A DNA stretch of 64,000 bases from contig CAVVKN010000021.1 in NCBI GenBank assembly GCA_963748825.1, forward strand, positions 34,560 through 98,559. Reading direction: 5' to 3'. This stretch comes from Methanotrichaceae archaeon (GTDB taxonomy: Archaea > Halobacteriota > Methanosarcinia > Methanotrichales > Methanotrichaceae). Made by a program: the position numbers and the translations under genes. This document shows positions 10,057 through 21,377 of the stretch, one piece after another. Numbering within the stretch: the first letter of the stretch is position 1; every line of letters begins with the position of its first letter. The notes under the pieces are model-generated. The model was not told the origin of the DNA and ran no database searches. It saw only the letters and a program-made list of their open reading frames with translations.

Positions 10057-10566
10057 TTAGCTTTGCCCCTGCTTAGTCTGGCTTTTTGCCTTGGCAGGAG
10101 TTGCCAATGGTTTCGCCGCCTGGGAAAAGACGTTCTGCGTGGCTGTTACATTATAAAAAGTCCTGACCCGCCCTCCCGGATACACAACCGAGAACCGGGC
10201 AATTCCTTCCTTCAGGGGCTTATCCTTGCTGCCGAAGGGCATGGAATCGAAAAGATAATAGCCGCTATTATATTTGCCTGCACCCACTACCTGCAGGGCC
10301 GCGCTGTCAATATCTGCCTTAACCAGCCTGACATCGCCGTATCCTCCCAGGAAGGAGATCAATTCCGGCTCCAGATATCTGCATCCCAGAGTCGTGACAT
10401 AGAAGCGAGTAAAAGTATCCAGGGTGTAGTTCAGCTCAAAAGTGGCATTGTCGCCCTCCAGGCGCATGGTCACTTCCTTTATGTCGACGTACTCGCTGCC
10501 GACGGCTGAGCCGGCAGATAAGGCGCAGAGAGTGAGAACGGCAAAGATTGCAGCTAGGTAACGCAT
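10057..10566 (-). CDS. Secreted hypothetical protein
   Basis: N-terminal signal peptide, 169-aa ORF. Confidence 0.75.
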   Translation of the reverse strand: MRYLAAIFAVLTLCALSAGSAVGSEYVDIKEVTMRLEGDNATFELNYTLDTFTRFYVTTLGCRYLEPELISFLGGYGDVRLVKADIDSAALQVVGAGKYNSGYYLFDSMPFGSKDKPLKEGIARFSVVYPGGRVRTFYNVTATQNVFSQAAKPLATPAKAKSQTKQGQS

Positions 10567-10569
10567 CCT

Positions 10570-10764
10570 TCACCCATACATCTTAAGGATTGACGGCAGG
10601 AACAAAACCAGTCCCATTATGGCAAGAAATACCAGGAAAAGCAACTGCTGCTTTCTTTGAGCCGATTTGAACTTCGACTCGCATATCTCGTCGCAGAAGT
10701 TCTCGTCCGGGCGTACGGCATTGCCGCAGACCATGCAGTGTTTATGCGGCATAATATCTGTCAT
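10570..10764 (-). CDS. DUF2116 family Zn-ribbon membrane protein
   Basis: PHKHCMVCGNAV...FCDEIC plus a C-terminal TM helix. Confidence 0.85.
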   Translation of the reverse strand: MTDIMPHKHCMVCGNAVRPDENFCDEICESKFKSAQRKQQLLFLVFLAIMGLVLFLPSILKMYG

Positions 10765-11234
10765 CCTATCACCATAAACGGTTTTGGAAGAGAGAGTAAA
10801 TAAGGTTTTGCCTGGGCCACATACATTCTTGGGCCGGGAAAAGTGGCTCTGCAAGTGAAGTAATGTGTCAAGTCGAGCTGAGAATTGATTGATAGACGTT
10901 AGGGCCATGGATTTTGAATATTTCAGACATTTTATTTCCGCTGTGGCAGGAGGCGGGTTGTAGCATTAATTGAAAGTCGCGAAAGCCATTCTTTTTCCTG
11001 ATTGCTGCCCTATCCGGATGGAAAAGTCCTGTAGTCATGCTTATAAGATATATAACTTTTAAAATAACATTATTATCACGAACATGCAGTTTGATTCTTT
11101 TCGAGGCTGTCTCTTATCCAAGGACGAAAAAATTCGAGGTTTATTTTTCCACTGGAAATAAAGGGGTCAATGCAGGGGATATCCTCCCCGGATTTTGCAT
11201 TAACTATAAAAGGTTCCTGGCAAATTAGCTTCTC

Positions 11235-13229
11235 ATGCTTAGAATTCAGATGATCATCTTCATGGCCTTGCTCATATGGCTTATGCCAATTGAAGGAGCA
11301 AGAACGTATATCGTTGACGACAGCGGCTTTGCTAATTTTAATACTATCCAAGAGGCCGTTGTTGCTGCCAGTAATGGAGATACCATATACATCAAGCCGG
11401 GAGAGTACAATGAAGAGGTAATCCTGAACAGGAGCCTGACGCTAATGCCTCTCACCGGCGAGAACGGGCCTATAATCCTCAAAGGAGATGGCCTGGAGAC
11501 GGGGATCACAATAACCGCAGAGGGCTGCTCTCTGCAGGGCTTGACTATACAAGACTTTGCCGGGCCAGCAATATATGTTCAATCCAGCCGAAACTCCATC
11601 AAGAAAAACGTGTTTAAAAACGCCAATCCGGCCATACTGGTGCGCGGTTCGCACGAGAACACTATTGCCGGAAACACAATAATTGACAGTCAGGGGGCAG
11701 TGGCCCTCTGGGAGAACTCCAGCGATAACCTGGTTTCAGAAAACGATATCTTGGGATGCAATGTATCCATTATCGTACGGGAAGCTGCGAAAAATGAAAT
11801 CCTCAGCAACAAAATATCTGATGCTTACTGGGGCATCTGGCTTGAAAATGCTGCAAGCTGCCAGATCGAAAGCAACGATGTAAAAAGCAAAAGGTTCGGC
11901 ATCTGGCTTTTAAACAGCAGCACCATCAATGTTTCCCAAAATAAAGTTCGCATCGACAATTCTGCCTCCAGCATCACGAACGGCATAAATCTCGCGAATG
12001 CCAGCGGAGCTCTATTGCAGAGCAATGAAATCAATGGTGGTGCAATCGGGCTGCTAATTTCGAGCAGCAAGAACAGCAGAATGATAGATAACTCAATTTC
12101 CGGCAGCACAAATGCCATCTTTATCAAGGACTCATACTCACAAGAGCTGAAGAATAACCGCATCAGTGCAGCGGAATACGGCATAAGAATGGAAAATTCC
12201 AGCAAAAATTCCCTAATTCAAAATAGGATAGAAAACGGCACCATTGGCTTTGAACTGGGCATGAGCCGACAGAACAATATTTCCGAAAACCAGCTCTCCG
12301 GCATAACGGACACGGCTGTGCAGATTTCATCCTCTAACGAAAACACCCTCTCCGGCAATCAGATCGCTGATAGTCCTAAAGGAATCATCTTATTGGAATC
12401 ATCCGCCAATCGACTGACGGCTAATCGCTTCCAGAATGTGGAGTGGAGCCTTTACGCAGAGGCTGAGACCAAGGAGGGCTTTAATAATTCCATAGATGAA
12501 TCCAACGTAGTGGATTCTGTCCCCATAGTCTATCTCTTTGGCCGTTTTGGCGGGCAGATTCAGGATAGGGATATCGCTCATCTCACTTTAGCATACTGTG
12601 AAAATGTCACAGTAAAGAATACTGCCATCACCAACGATGCCGTATTTCTCTTCGATTCAAAGAAAAACAGGATCCAGGAGAACAACATATCCGGGAGCTT
12701 TGGCATGCGTCTCGTGCAGTCCGATGAAAATGAGATATCAGGCAACCGCCTGCTGGGCAATAAATTTAGCGGCATGTTCCTGTATGCCTCGGATTTGAAT
12801 CAAATTGCAGGAAATGATGCCTCGCGAAACAGCCAGAACGGCATATCGCTCCTATCCTGCAACCAGAACATCATTCGCGACAATGTGGTAGATGAAAACG
12901 CTGCCACAGGTATCTGGCTAAACCTTTCCCATGATAACCAGGTATATCAGAATAACATCAGTCGCAATCCATTGGGTCTGCAGGTAATGCTCTCCACAGG
13001 AAACAAAATATTCCACAATAACTTCCTCGGCAATAAGGAGCATTCGCAAGATCTAGGCGGCAACAATAGTTGGGACAAAGGCAATGTCACAGGCGGCAAC
13101 TACTGGGAGGGTCACGTGGCCAAAGGCAATCCCAGCCAGAATTGGCCAAGGATGATCAAAGGCGGAAGCATGCTGGACGGCTATCCCTTCCAGGATGAGA
13201 GCGGCTGGCTGAGGGCAGCCGCCGCTTGA
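11235..13229 (+). CDS. NosD/CASH parallel beta-helix surface protein
   Basis: Signal peptide, TIQEAV..A..GDTIYIKPGEY, many SxxNxIxxN repeats, GGNYW. Confidence 0.9.
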   Translation: MLRIQMIIFMALLIWLMPIEGARTYIVDDSGFANFNTIQEAVVAASNGDTIYIKPGEYNEEVILNRSLTLMPLTGENGPIILKGDGLETGITITAEGCSLQGLTIQDFAGPAIYVQSSRNSIKKNVFKNANPAILVRGSHENTIAGNTIIDSQGAVALWENSSDNLVSENDILGCNVSIIVREAAKNEILSNKISDAYWGIWLENAASCQIESNDVKSKRFGIWLLNSSTINVSQNKVRIDNSASSITNGINLANASGALLQSNEINGGAIGLLISSSKNSRMIDNSISGSTNAIFIKDSYSQELKNNRISAAEYGIRMENSSKNSLIQNRIENGTIGFELGMSRQNNISENQLSGITDTAVQISSSNENTLSGNQIADSPKGIILLESSANRLTANRFQNVEWSLYAEAETKEGFNNSIDESNVVDSVPIVYLFGRFGGQIQDRDIAHLTLAYCENVTVKNTAITNDAVFLFDSKKNRIQENNISGSFGMRLVQSDENEISGNRLLGNKFSGMFLYASDLNQIAGNDASRNSQNGISLLSCNQNIIRDNVVDENAATGIWLNLSHDNQVYQNNISRNPLGLQVMLSTGNKIFHNNFLGNKEHSQDLGGNNSWDKGNVTGGNYWEGHVAKGNPSQNWPRMIKGGSMLDGYPFQDESGWLRAAAA

Positions 13230-13270
13230 AGCCGCAATACTTAAGATGATGAAGAAAGAAGGAGATAGAT

Positions 13271-13444
13271 ATGGCAAAGAATAAGAATGAAGGCAGCGGT
13301 CTTCAGTCATCAGCAGGCCTCATGAGGTACTTCGAGGCTGATGATACTGCAATAAAGCTCAATCCTAAGATGGTGCTCGGAGCCTGTATAGGTGCAGGTG
13401 CAGTAGTAATGGGACTTAATATCGCCTTTGGCCTCTGGCCTTAG
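13271..13444 (+). CDS. secG: Preprotein translocase subunit Sec61beta
   Basis: 57-aa ORF absent from the track: GLQSSAGLMRYFEAD..IKLNP plus TM helix; GGAG RBS. Confidence 0.92.
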   Translation: MAKNKNEGSGLQSSAGLMRYFEADDTAIKLNPKMVLGACIGAGAVVMGLNIAFGLWP

Positions 13445-13609
13445 GCAATAATGCTTTTTCATCCACTGGATTTCCCAGGATTAGCTTCCTTATTTTGCAC
13501 TTAGCACACCTGATGAGGTCGCAGCCCAAGGAACTGCCAAGCCGTGCCTAGCTTTGTCTTTGAACTTTGCCCTTTTGTAGCTTGTATTTGTAGCTTGCAA
13601 GGGGAATCT

Positions 13610-13921
13610 TCATCGAGGCGATGAAGTCTCGGCTGCCATCTCATCGACCTCTTTTGCTCCCTTTGCCAGCAGAGCATCTTCGTCTCCTGTGAGAATTGAG
13701 ATCAGCCGGGCAAACTCACCTGCATGAACCCGTTCCTCATTGGCGATATCTATCAGCACCTTCTTGGCGAGAGGGTTGTCCGTGGCCTCGGCGTGAGCCA
13801 TGTAGAGGTGAACTGCTTCATGCTCTGCGGCCAGATCAAGTCGGATGGCTCGGATCAGTTCTTGCATGGTCAGCTTTCTTTCTGGCACTTTACCGCTGAA
13901 TGGGTTAAGAAACTCTGGCAT
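13610..13921 (-). CDS. Short ferritin-like (EncFtn/rubrerythrin-like) protein
   Basis: RAIRLDLAAEHEAVHLY and IANEERVHAGEF (ExxH) diiron half-sites. Confidence 0.85.
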   Translation of the reverse strand: MPEFLNPFSGKVPERKLTMQELIRAIRLDLAAEHEAVHLYMAHAEATDNPLAKKVLIDIANEERVHAGEFARLISILTGDEDALLAKGAKEVDEMAAETSSPR

Positions 13922-14179
13922 TATTTTATCTCCTCGCTTGCGCTGCCTGGGAGTGGATTATTCATTGTAGGTTTCGGATCCATTTCCGCCAGGCTCAATG
14001 ATTTGCCTATAATAGAAATAGCCCAAAGTAAATATGTCTTTTGGGGTGTGGTTTTGGCTTTCCCAAGGCTCTATTAAGGCTCTATTGCCTCCTTTATGGG
14101 GTAGAAGGAAATGAGTAATAATAAATAAAAACGTGTTGTGTCCAATCAGCTTGATGCTCAAACCAGCCCCTGTTTTCCG

Positions 14180-14797
14180 CTACTTTATCTGCTTGATTTT
14201 AACCGAATTAATAAATCGTTCTGTGGCTTCTTGACTATAGGTGGAGAGAATCAATCCTACTGCCGTGGATGCCAGAACGCCTCCCGGTCGATCCAGATGA
14301 TATTCTACAGGATAGACCGCAACGTAGACCGGCTCACTCATTGGACACTTTAGGCCACTGGCAAATATCCCTGATTGACCGTCTATCACTCTCTCAGCTA
14401 TATTGATCTCTTTGCATACTTTGGATTTGGTGAGGGTACCATTGGCAAGGGCTTTCAAGCTGGATTGGTTGATAAGAGATACATCGTTTTTGGAGTACAT
14501 TATGACCGAGACCTTCAGGATCTTGGCCTTATCAGATGCCGACGCCAGTGTCAAAGCATCTGTCGCGATGGCCACTTTTCCGGAGGCGCTGTCTCCATGC
14601 GACACGCTGCTTTTGTACTCATCCATCTCCGACCAGTTGAAGCTTACCTTCCACTTGCCGCTGTCCTCTGAGACGGAGGTGACGGACAATTCATCCATCA
14701 TAAAGCCATGCCCCTGCATGGTAAGCAAGAGTGCCATGCCAAGTGCCAGACCGAGCATGAAAAGCTTTGAGCAATATTTGTCCCTCACCAATAACAC
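14180..14797 (-). CDS. Secreted hypothetical protein
   Basis: Hydrophobic N-terminal leader; contiguous with the upstream ORF. Confidence 0.7.
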   Translation of the reverse strand: MLLVRDKYCSKLFMLGLALGMALLLTMQGHGFMMDELSVTSVSEDSGKWKVSFNWSEMDEYKSSVSHGDSASGKVAIATDALTLASASDKAKILKVSVIMYSKNDVSLINQSSLKALANGTLTKSKVCKEINIAERVIDGQSGIFASGLKCPMSEPVYVAVYPVEYHLDRPGGVLASTAVGLILSTYSQEATERFINSVKIKQIK

Positions 14798-15445
14798 CTA
14801 CAGTGGAGCCATCCGGGGCAATATGTTGGGATTGATTCCCTTTGCCAGCTTTGTAACATCCTTGAATCTGCTCGCACTCTCCAAAATAGCGGTCGGCTCT
14901 TCCTTGGAGGGTACCTCATTCATCTGCTCAGTGCTAACTTGCTCCGTCTGGACTGCCGGCATAGGAGCAGTTGTGACCACGGCTGGGGTGTAGCTGGATG
15001 TATCCGGGCTGATCATGATAGCGGTGAAATCGCCCCGGCTGGCTTTTCCGTTGCTGTCCGATCGGATGAAAAATCCATTCATGGTGTCGCCTTCCAGGGT
15101 AGCGCTAATGTAGGTGGATGCCAGCACCCCGACCTCCATGGCTGCCAGGGAAAAGGAGACTGCATTTGCAGAAAGTGATCCTGCTATAGCTGCATTCCAG
15201 GGATTGTCGCCCTCGAATTTAGCCAGGCCGAAGACGGATTGGGCAGATTGGTTCACGGCCATGATAATCTCCTTCTCTCCTAAAGTGGCTTTCCAGATGC
15301 CCTGCACGCTGGCTGAAGCCGTGGCCGTGCCCTCTTCGGTTGTCGCATTATTTTCCATTGATGAGGAATCCGAAGCCGGTACCAAAGATATGGACGCGGA
15401 GAGTGTCAAAAGAAGAATTGCCATCAAACAAAAATTTCTGATCAT
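14798..15445 (-). CDS. Secreted hypothetical beta-rich protein
   Basis: Signal peptide MIRNFCLMAILLL, SVQGIWKATL beta domain, Thr/Pro linker. Confidence 0.75.
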   Translation of the reverse strand: MIRNFCLMAILLLTLSASISLVPASDSSSMENNATTEEGTATASASVQGIWKATLGEKEIIMAVNQSAQSVFGLAKFEGDNPWNAAIAGSLSANAVSFSLAAMEVGVLASTYISATLEGDTMNGFFIRSDSNGKASRGDFTAIMISPDTSSYTPAVVTTAPMPAVQTEQVSTEQMNEVPSKEEPTAILESASRFKDVTKLAKGINPNILPRMAPL

Positions 15446-15733
15446 CAAGCCCCAAACCTCCATTATTGTCATTTGAGCCAGGTCTAATTGAGTCCTTATC
15501 ATATTAATATAGATTGCCGATTGCCGAAGCGAAAAGAAGTGCCGAGGCAAAAATAGGGGAATTCTGCTATGACGAGTCTCCAGGGCTGGGGCCCTCTGGC
15601 ATTTCGATTCTGTTAGTGCTGCAGTCAATAGCATCTTCGATAAATCCAGGCATGTCGAAACTCTCGCACCATCAGCTGCTATCTGCCCTTACCGATCCCA
15701 CAAGCTAAATATATGAATCGAACTTATTGATAG

Positions 15734-16606
15734 ATGATGGATCCACTTCAAGCCCAGATAGGCGGAGAATTCACCAGTGTTCTGATCAACAATATCTGGT
15801 TTCTCTTATTCATATTCCTCTTTCTGGTTCCCATGGTGCAGAGGTACTACCTGCAGACGGCGAGAAAGAGCGTCCTGGCAAAGCTGGGCAAGACGCGGGG
15901 CACGCAGGTCATAACGCTAATTCATCGCCAGGAGACTATCAGCTTTCTTGGCATCCCTTTAGCCCGCTACATTGATATCGATGACAGCGAGCGGGTAATG
16001 CGGGCCATTCGTGCAGCTCAGAAGGATGTGCCCATCGACATCATTCTGCATACACCGGGAGGGCTTGCTCTGGCAGCCACGCAAATCGCCATGGCGCTAA
16101 AGGCCCATCCCGCCAAGAAGACGGTAATTGTGCCCCATTACGCCATGAGCGGCGGAACTCTCATTGCATTTGCCGCCGACAAGATAATCATGGACCCACA
16201 TGCTGCCCTGGGTCCGGTGGACCCGCAACTGGGAGATATGCAGGGCAGTTATCCGGCGACATCGCTCATCGCGGTCGTAGGCAAGAAGAAGATTGACGAG
16301 ATAGACGACAAGACTCTCATCTACGCCGAAGAGGCGCGAAAAGCCATGAGCCAGATGAGGAATCTCTTGAAAAAGATACTGGAGGGAAAGTGTGGCGGCG
16401 AGAAGATGGATGGCATCATCGAGGAGTTTGTCTCGGGAAAATATACTCACGACCATCCCTTTATGGCCGAGCAGGCCCAATCTCTCCTGGGCGAATGCGT
16501 ACAGACCGATGTCCCGGAAGAGGTCTATGCCCTGATGGACCTATATCGCATGGAAGCAGGAAGGAGCCGCCCGGGCGTAGAGTATGTGCCCCTGATAAAG
16601 CATTAG
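15734..16606 (+). CDS. SDH family Clp-fold serine protease
   Basis: LIHRQE, ILHTPGG, PHYAMSGGTLIA, LGPVDPQ, YTHDHP. Confidence 0.92.
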   Translation: MMDPLQAQIGGEFTSVLINNIWFLLFIFLFLVPMVQRYYLQTARKSVLAKLGKTRGTQVITLIHRQETISFLGIPLARYIDIDDSERVMRAIRAAQKDVPIDIILHTPGGLALAATQIAMALKAHPAKKTVIVPHYAMSGGTLIAFAADKIIMDPHAALGPVDPQLGDMQGSYPATSLIAVVGKKKIDEIDDKTLIYAEEARKAMSQMRNLLKKILEGKCGGEKMDGIIEEFVSGKYTHDHPFMAEQAQSLLGECVQTDVPEEVYALMDLYRMEAGRSRPGVEYVPLIKH

Positions 16607-17146
16607 GGGATTTCAACTCTAACGCGGCTGATTAGCGCCTCTGGTATTGATTCATTCGGGATCTACTGCATAGACTTGCGCCTCGGAATATCTCCTTGTG
16701 TTCCAATCGTGGAGAATCAGGCATTGCTCGTATGTTTTGTCATCCATCCAACCTCGTTATACGCGTGAAATTCTTCTTCGAAAATCTCCCTCCAGTTAAC
16801 GAGGACTTTTTTCGAATTTGATTCGCTTTGCGATCTCTTGAGCCATTCAAATGGATGTTCGTCTACTACAATGCTATCGAAAAGTTGCTTTACCAAATCG
16901 CTTATTTATATATGTTATAATATTAATCAATTGAACGTATTTCATAAGAAGCCTTTTGATGAAAGCTGGATTTTAAGGGTCTCCAATCTCAGAAAAAAAT
17001 CTTACAAAATCCCCTACATATATTATTAGGGAAAAGTGTACGATCTTTATCCGGGATATTGAAGTGCGATTCCTTGGTTGGCTAATCCTATATCAGTCAA
17101 TTGACTTAAATATAATCAAGACTAAATAGTTGCAGAGGTGTTTGAA

Positions 17147-17320
17147 ATGGTGTTTGAAATGGTCGGAGCATGTCCCAGATGCGGGAAAGATACAAGTGTG
17201 GAAATTGGAGAGTCCCTTCTTAAAATTGGAAAGACAAGGGAGCAACCTGTAAGGATTGCATCATGTGGTAACTGTGGGCTGATCTTCTACGAGATGATCG
17301 ATAAAATAAAGGAGTTCTGA
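17147..17320 (+). CDS. Small zinc-ribbon protein
   Basis: CPRCG...CGNCG; GAGGTG RBS; start region has a 12-bp tandem duplication GGTGTTTGAAAT. Confidence 0.7.
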   Translation: MVFEMVGACPRCGKDTSVEIGESLLKIGKTREQPVRIASCGNCGLIFYEMIDKIKEF

Positions 17321-17422
17321 AAGGAACTCCCTACTCATATCATAGACGTGTGGGGTTCCTATCCCCGCACTGGTACTATCTCCCGAAGCGATCATGAGTA
17401 CAACCCGGTACCACGTGTCCGC

Positions 17423-17611
17423 TTAATTCGCGACGATATTTGCCGATTGGGACATGATATCTATATCGGCGAGGCGTCCTTCTACTTCCATAGAATCCCC
17501 GAAGATGCCTTCCATGAGCACCTTGCCGTTGTGGGCCATTAGCCTGACTACGCCTTCCATTGCCTTTTCGCGGGCATTGCCTTTCAAAATGTAAACTGTA
17601 AGTTCGCACAT
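17423..17611 (-). CDS. CooT family nickel-binding protein
   Basis: MCE N-terminus, MEGV, GIFGD, IDIMS; 62 aa. Confidence 0.85.
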   Translation of the reverse strand: MCELTVYILKGNAREKAMEGVVRLMAHNGKVLMEGIFGDSMEVEGRLADIDIMSQSANIVAN

Positions 17612-17643
17612 AGTCCCTCTTAAAATGATAATTATAATAATAA

Positions 17644-17720
<77 letters not shown>

Positions 17721-17731
17721 GCAAATGGATT

Positions 17732-18094
17732 TTAGCCGCCCTTGGGCGGCATCTGACCTAATGACATTTTGAGCTGCTCTTGAAGCTGAGTGAACCGGCC
17801 CTGAATGCGCTCTTCTTGCTTGGCCATGGTCTTCAGCCGGATATCCATCATATCCTTTCTCTCTTTAAGCTCCTCTGTCAGCTTGGGCTTATCAGCCTTA
17901 AAGAAGAGTTCCCCGACGCTCTTGTATATAACTGCGTCGTCTGCGCTCTTCTCCAGTTCTTTAAGCGCCGCCTCAGTCTCCCTGATCAGACCCTCGATCT
18001 GACCCTTCTGAGTCATAACGGCCTGCGCCTGCTGCTGAAGCTGCTGGAGCTGAGCCAACTGATTTTGTATCTGCGGAGGCAATTCGCCACTCAT
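17732..18094 (-). CDS. pfdB: Prefoldin beta subunit
   Basis: LPPQIQNQLAQLQQLQQQ, IYKSVG. Confidence 0.95.
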   Translation of the reverse strand: MSGELPPQIQNQLAQLQQLQQQAQAVMTQKGQIEGLIRETEAALKELEKSADDAVIYKSVGELFFKADKPKLTEELKERKDMMDIRLKTMAKQEERIQGRFTQLQEQLKMSLGQMPPKGG

Positions 18095-18318
18095 AAACTC
18101 ACCATCTCAAACGCGATCTTAACCAACCTTATCCAGGTATTTAAGGCTGCCCGGAGAGAGACTGTATCCTCGCCCCGGATCTTCAATCGAATAGAACCGT
18201 CTTCCAGGCCCAGCAATACATTGGACCGATGCAGCTCGTCTTCAAGTTCGGGTGCAAGCGCCTGATAGATCACTCCGGCATGATTGCTTTCAAACACGAA
18301 CTCTGCACAGCCTTTCAT
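18091..18318 (-). CDS. pcc1: KEOPS complex subunit Pcc1
   Basis: ALAPE, D..SLRAALNTWIRLV; superoperon position. Confidence 0.9.
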   Translation of the reverse strand: MKGCAEFVFESNHAGVIYQALAPELEDELHRSNVLLGLEDGSIRLKIRGEDTVSLRAALNTWIRLVKIAFEMVSL

Positions 18319-18728
18319 ATCTTCAGCCTGAATTTGGCCTGGCCCTCATCGATGAAATCGATATTACTAGATGCAACCCAGATTATGCGCCCCTGAGCCG
18401 GGACGGCCTCGCCGAGCCACTCCAGCTCAAAGAACTGTGCAAGCGGAAGAGCAACTATGCCCTCGCCGGCAACCTTCGGCAAGCTCCTCTTGAGCCGTCT
18501 TGCTTCCGTTTCTCCAGAGAGCCGGAAGTTCAATTGCTCCTCTTTTTCCGAGGAGCGTTTGACCAGACCTGCCGGATTGCCGTGATCCTCTATCACCACC
18601 AGCCATGTTTCGTCCTCTCCCGTCTTTTGCTTTCCTCTATTCACATAAGGCAGAGACAGGAACGAAGCCAGAGCCCTGGCAAACCGCCTTGCCTTCGCAG
18701 ACGGGTCTCGCGAAGTGGTGACGATCAT
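18315..18728 (-). CDS. Brix-domain (Imp4-like) protein
   Basis: [25 protein letters not shown]. Confidence 0.85.
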   Translation of the reverse strand: MIVTTSRDPSAKARRFARALASFLSLPYVNRGKQKTGEDETWLVVIEDHGNPAGLVKRSSEKEEQLNFRLSGETEARRLKRSLPKVAGEGIVALPLAQFFELEWLGEAVPAQGRIIWVASSNIDFIDEGQAKFRLKI

Positions 18729-18865
18729 CAGACGGCTTTCATCTTCTTGACCGTGGTGGGCCGCTCCTTCATCAGGATCCTATGCCCGCAATAAGGACAG
18801 CGTATGCCGCTGTACTCGTAATCTATCTCCACGGTCTTCTTGCATCTGGTGCATTTATAAGCCAT
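18728..18865 (-). CDS. rpoP: DNA-directed RNA polymerase subunit P (Rpo12)
   Basis: 45-aa ORF absent from the track: YKCTRC...[16 protein letters not shown]. Confidence 0.95.
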   Translation of the reverse strand: MAYKCTRCKKTVEIDYEYSGIRCPYCGHRILMKERPTTVKKMKAV

Positions 18866-18868
18866 CTT

Positions 18869-19150
18869 CTAATCAGCCTCAAGAGTCTTCTTGAGAGACC
18901 TTAGCACTGAGCGGCCCAAAGACGTTTCAGGCAGGAAAGAGCCGCCGGCAAAGGTGTAGCCGCATTTGCTGCAGCTCCAGATGGCTGTACTTGTCCTTCT
19001 TACTCTATTCCGATTGCACGAAGGGCAGTCATACGAAGCCTTGCTCTTTTCTTCCAAATCTGCAACGAGCTTTCGTGATTTGCGGCCGTACCTGGGACCA
19101 AACCGGGCTGCGGACCTGCTCTTCCTTCCTTTTGTAGTCTGCTTTGCCAT
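18869..19150 (-). CDS. rpl37ae: 50S ribosomal protein L37ae
   Basis: [25 protein letters not shown]. Confidence 0.96.
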   Translation of the reverse strand: MAKQTTKGRKSRSAARFGPRYGRKSRKLVADLEEKSKASYDCPSCNRNRVRRTSTAIWSCSKCGYTFAGGSFLPETSLGRSVLRSLKKTLEAD

Positions 19151-19165
19151 GATCGTAACTTCCGT

Positions 19166-19948
19166 TTATGCTTCCAGAAACTTTTCCCGGATTTCTTTCG
19201 CCTTCTCACATGCTATATCAATGATGCGGTAGACCTGCTCAGGTTTGAGCATTCCTGTGCCGCTCTTCTGCGAGCCGCAGATGTTGCCATTCATCGTAGA
19301 TATAATTGTGAGACGGGTGTTGGCAATGGCCTCTTCATCCACACCGGGATCAAACATCAAGACGTCATTGAACTCAATAGCCGTCGTAGCTATGGGAAGA
19401 TCCCTTATGGGCAAGATGTAGTCCTCGCCCAGGCCATACCGGGCTGCCGGCACCTTGGTGGACAGCAGCGCGGCGATAGCGCCAAGCGACGCTGCATCGA
19501 GTATATTTCCGCAGTCATCCAAGACATGCACATCGATGAATATAATCCAGACCTGCTTGCCGGGCACAATGCAAAGCGCCTCCAGATCCACTGCCTTGGA
19601 TTCGCGCACGCCGCGATCCACGAGGCGTGCCAGCTCAATTCCCACCTCATTGGGCGGACCCGGCTCAAAGGAGGGTGAGGCAAGCGGCACCAGCTCGGCA
19701 TTGGTGATGATAACACCCTTATTGGGCGTATCCTGGAAAGGCTCTCCTGGCTGCATCTTCACGCCCACCAGCACCTGGCTGGAGCCTAATTTAACAAGCG
19801 CACTGCCTTCCGCCTTGCGGATCACATCCCTCTGGATGGATATCTCTCTGTACTGATCAAAGGTACGGCCATCGATCCTCTCTCCTTTGAGCAGCAGATT
19901 GTAAATAAAGTCCTTTTTTATCTCGGAGATGACGTTAGTCACAGACAT
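19166..19948 (-). CDS. rrp42: Exosome subunit Rrp42
   Basis: [30 protein letters not shown]. Confidence 0.96.
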   Translation of the reverse strand: MSVTNVISEIKKDFIYNLLLKGERIDGRTFDQYREISIQRDVIRKAEGSALVKLGSSQVLVGVKMQPGEPFQDTPNKGVIITNAELVPLASPSFEPGPPNEVGIELARLVDRGVRESKAVDLEALCIVPGKQVWIIFIDVHVLDDCGNILDAASLGAIAALLSTKVPAARYGLGEDYILPIRDLPIATTAIEFNDVLMFDPGVDEEAIANTRLTIISTMNGNICGSQKSGTGMLKPEQVYRIIDIACEKAKEIREKFLEA

Positions 19949-20687
19949 GCACCTCCTCTCGCCCGGGCTGTTCTACCATCTGGCTGTATTTCTTCACCAG
20001 GGCATCTCTTTGCAGCTCGTAGATGTCTTTCGCTCCCTTCATGGCCATCTCCACTGCCCTCTGAAACTCGTCCGTAGTGAGGTTGCCGTCCATTTGCAGC
20101 AAGGTGATGTCTCCGCCCGGAGTCATGGCAATGGGCAGGTCAGCCTGGCCGAAGTTGTCTTCCTCTTTCATGGGATCAAGAATTATGGTATCTGCCACTT
20201 TCCCTGCAGCACAGGACGATATCATGCTCTTCATGGGAATTCCCGCATCAGCTAGAGCCACTGCAGCTGCATTTATACCGGCAGTCCTGGTTCCCGCATC
20301 GGCCTGAAGCACCTCTACAAAGACGTCTATGACCGATCGGGGGAAGAAGCTGGTCAGAATCACGGGCTCCAGTGCCTCCCGGCTGACCTTGGAAAGCTCT
20401 TGTGACCTTCGGTCCGGCCCCGGTCGTTTTCGGTCCTCAACGGAGAAGGAGGCCATATTGTACCGGAAGCGCACAATGGCCCTGGTTGATTCCTGCAAGT
20501 GTCTGGGATGTACCTCCCTGGGCCCGTATACTGCCGCAATGACCTTATTTCCACCCATCTCGATGTAGCATGAGCCGTCTGCTCTGGCCAGGACTCCCAC
20601 CTCGATTTTCACAGGTCGGAGCTGATCTGCCCTTCGGCCATCCAGGCGCAGTCCATCTTTGAAAAATGATATATCAGTCTCATCCAT
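19935..20687 (-). CDS. rrp41: Exosome subunit Rrp41
   Basis: [34 protein letters not shown]. Confidence 0.96.
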   Translation of the reverse strand: MDETDISFFKDGLRLDGRRADQLRPVKIEVGVLARADGSCYIEMGGNKVIAAVYGPREVHPRHLQESTRAIVRFRYNMASFSVEDRKRPGPDRRSQELSKVSREALEPVILTSFFPRSVIDVFVEVLQADAGTRTAGINAAAVALADAGIPMKSMISSCAAGKVADTIILDPMKEEDNFGQADLPIAMTPGGDITLLQMDGNLTTDEFQRAVEMAMKGAKDIYELQRDALVKKYSQMVEQPGREEVHVCD

Positions 20688-20692
20688 AGCGA

Positions 20693-21358
20693 TCAACTTC
20701 TGGCCCCTTTCTCCGTCTTTAGGAAGTCCACAACCCTGTCCGTGAGACCATTGGTATGGGCTTCTCTCTCAATCAGAGTTATGGTCTTCAGAGCCAGATC
20801 CATATCCTCTGCACCCCCGTAGATCCAGATTCTGCCGTTCTGGCCAACGAAGATGTTGCAGTTTACCTCTTTCTTCAGCATGCTGATCATGGAGCCGCCC
20901 TTGCCGATGAGCCTGGGAACTCTAGTATGACTTATTTCGATGACCTGGCCGGCTTTGATCTCGCCGAGCTTTTTGTCATTCAAAGTAAGCTCCACCTTCA
21001 TTGTGGGATCTACATCAGACACACGTGTCATGATAGAGCTGCCGATGCGCAAATGCTTGGACATCTCATCCGATTCGATCCTTTTCGGGAACTCAGAGAT
21101 GTGCAGCAGCCCGTCGTAGGGCGAATTTATATCCACGATCCAATTGGAGAAGGTTATATCCTTCACCACACCTATGACGTTGTCCCCCGGTCCGGGTACA
21201 TACTTTCCCGCCAGGGGTATGACATTTATCTTATCCCTAAAGTTCGCAAGACCATATAGCAAGGAGTAGACGCTTCCATTCTTTACATACGTCCCCTCGC
21301 CCGACCTCTTGGCATCCTCAGAGAGAAGATCACCTGGTACTACCACCTTGCGATCCAT
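20693..21358 (-). CDS. rrp4: Exosome subunit Rrp4
   Basis: VVPGD, S1 and KH domains, [20 protein letters not shown]. Confidence 0.96.
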   Translation of the reverse strand: MDRKVVVPGDLLSEDAKRSGEGTYVKNGSVYSLLYGLANFRDKINVIPLAGKYVPGPGDNVIGVVKDITFSNWIVDINSPYDGLLHISEFPKRIESDEMSKHLRIGSSIMTRVSDVDPTMKVELTLNDKKLGEIKAGQVIEISHTRVPRLIGKGGSMISMLKKEVNCNIFVGQNGRIWIYGGAEDMDLALKTITLIEREAHTNGLTDRVVDFLKTEKGARS

Positions 21359-21377
21359 GCGCTTTTAACTCCCACCT

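Noticed and set aside
13510-13550. Hammerhead ribozyme or C/D box RNA (CTGATGAG)
   Set aside because: No stem II followed by GAAA and no matching D box.
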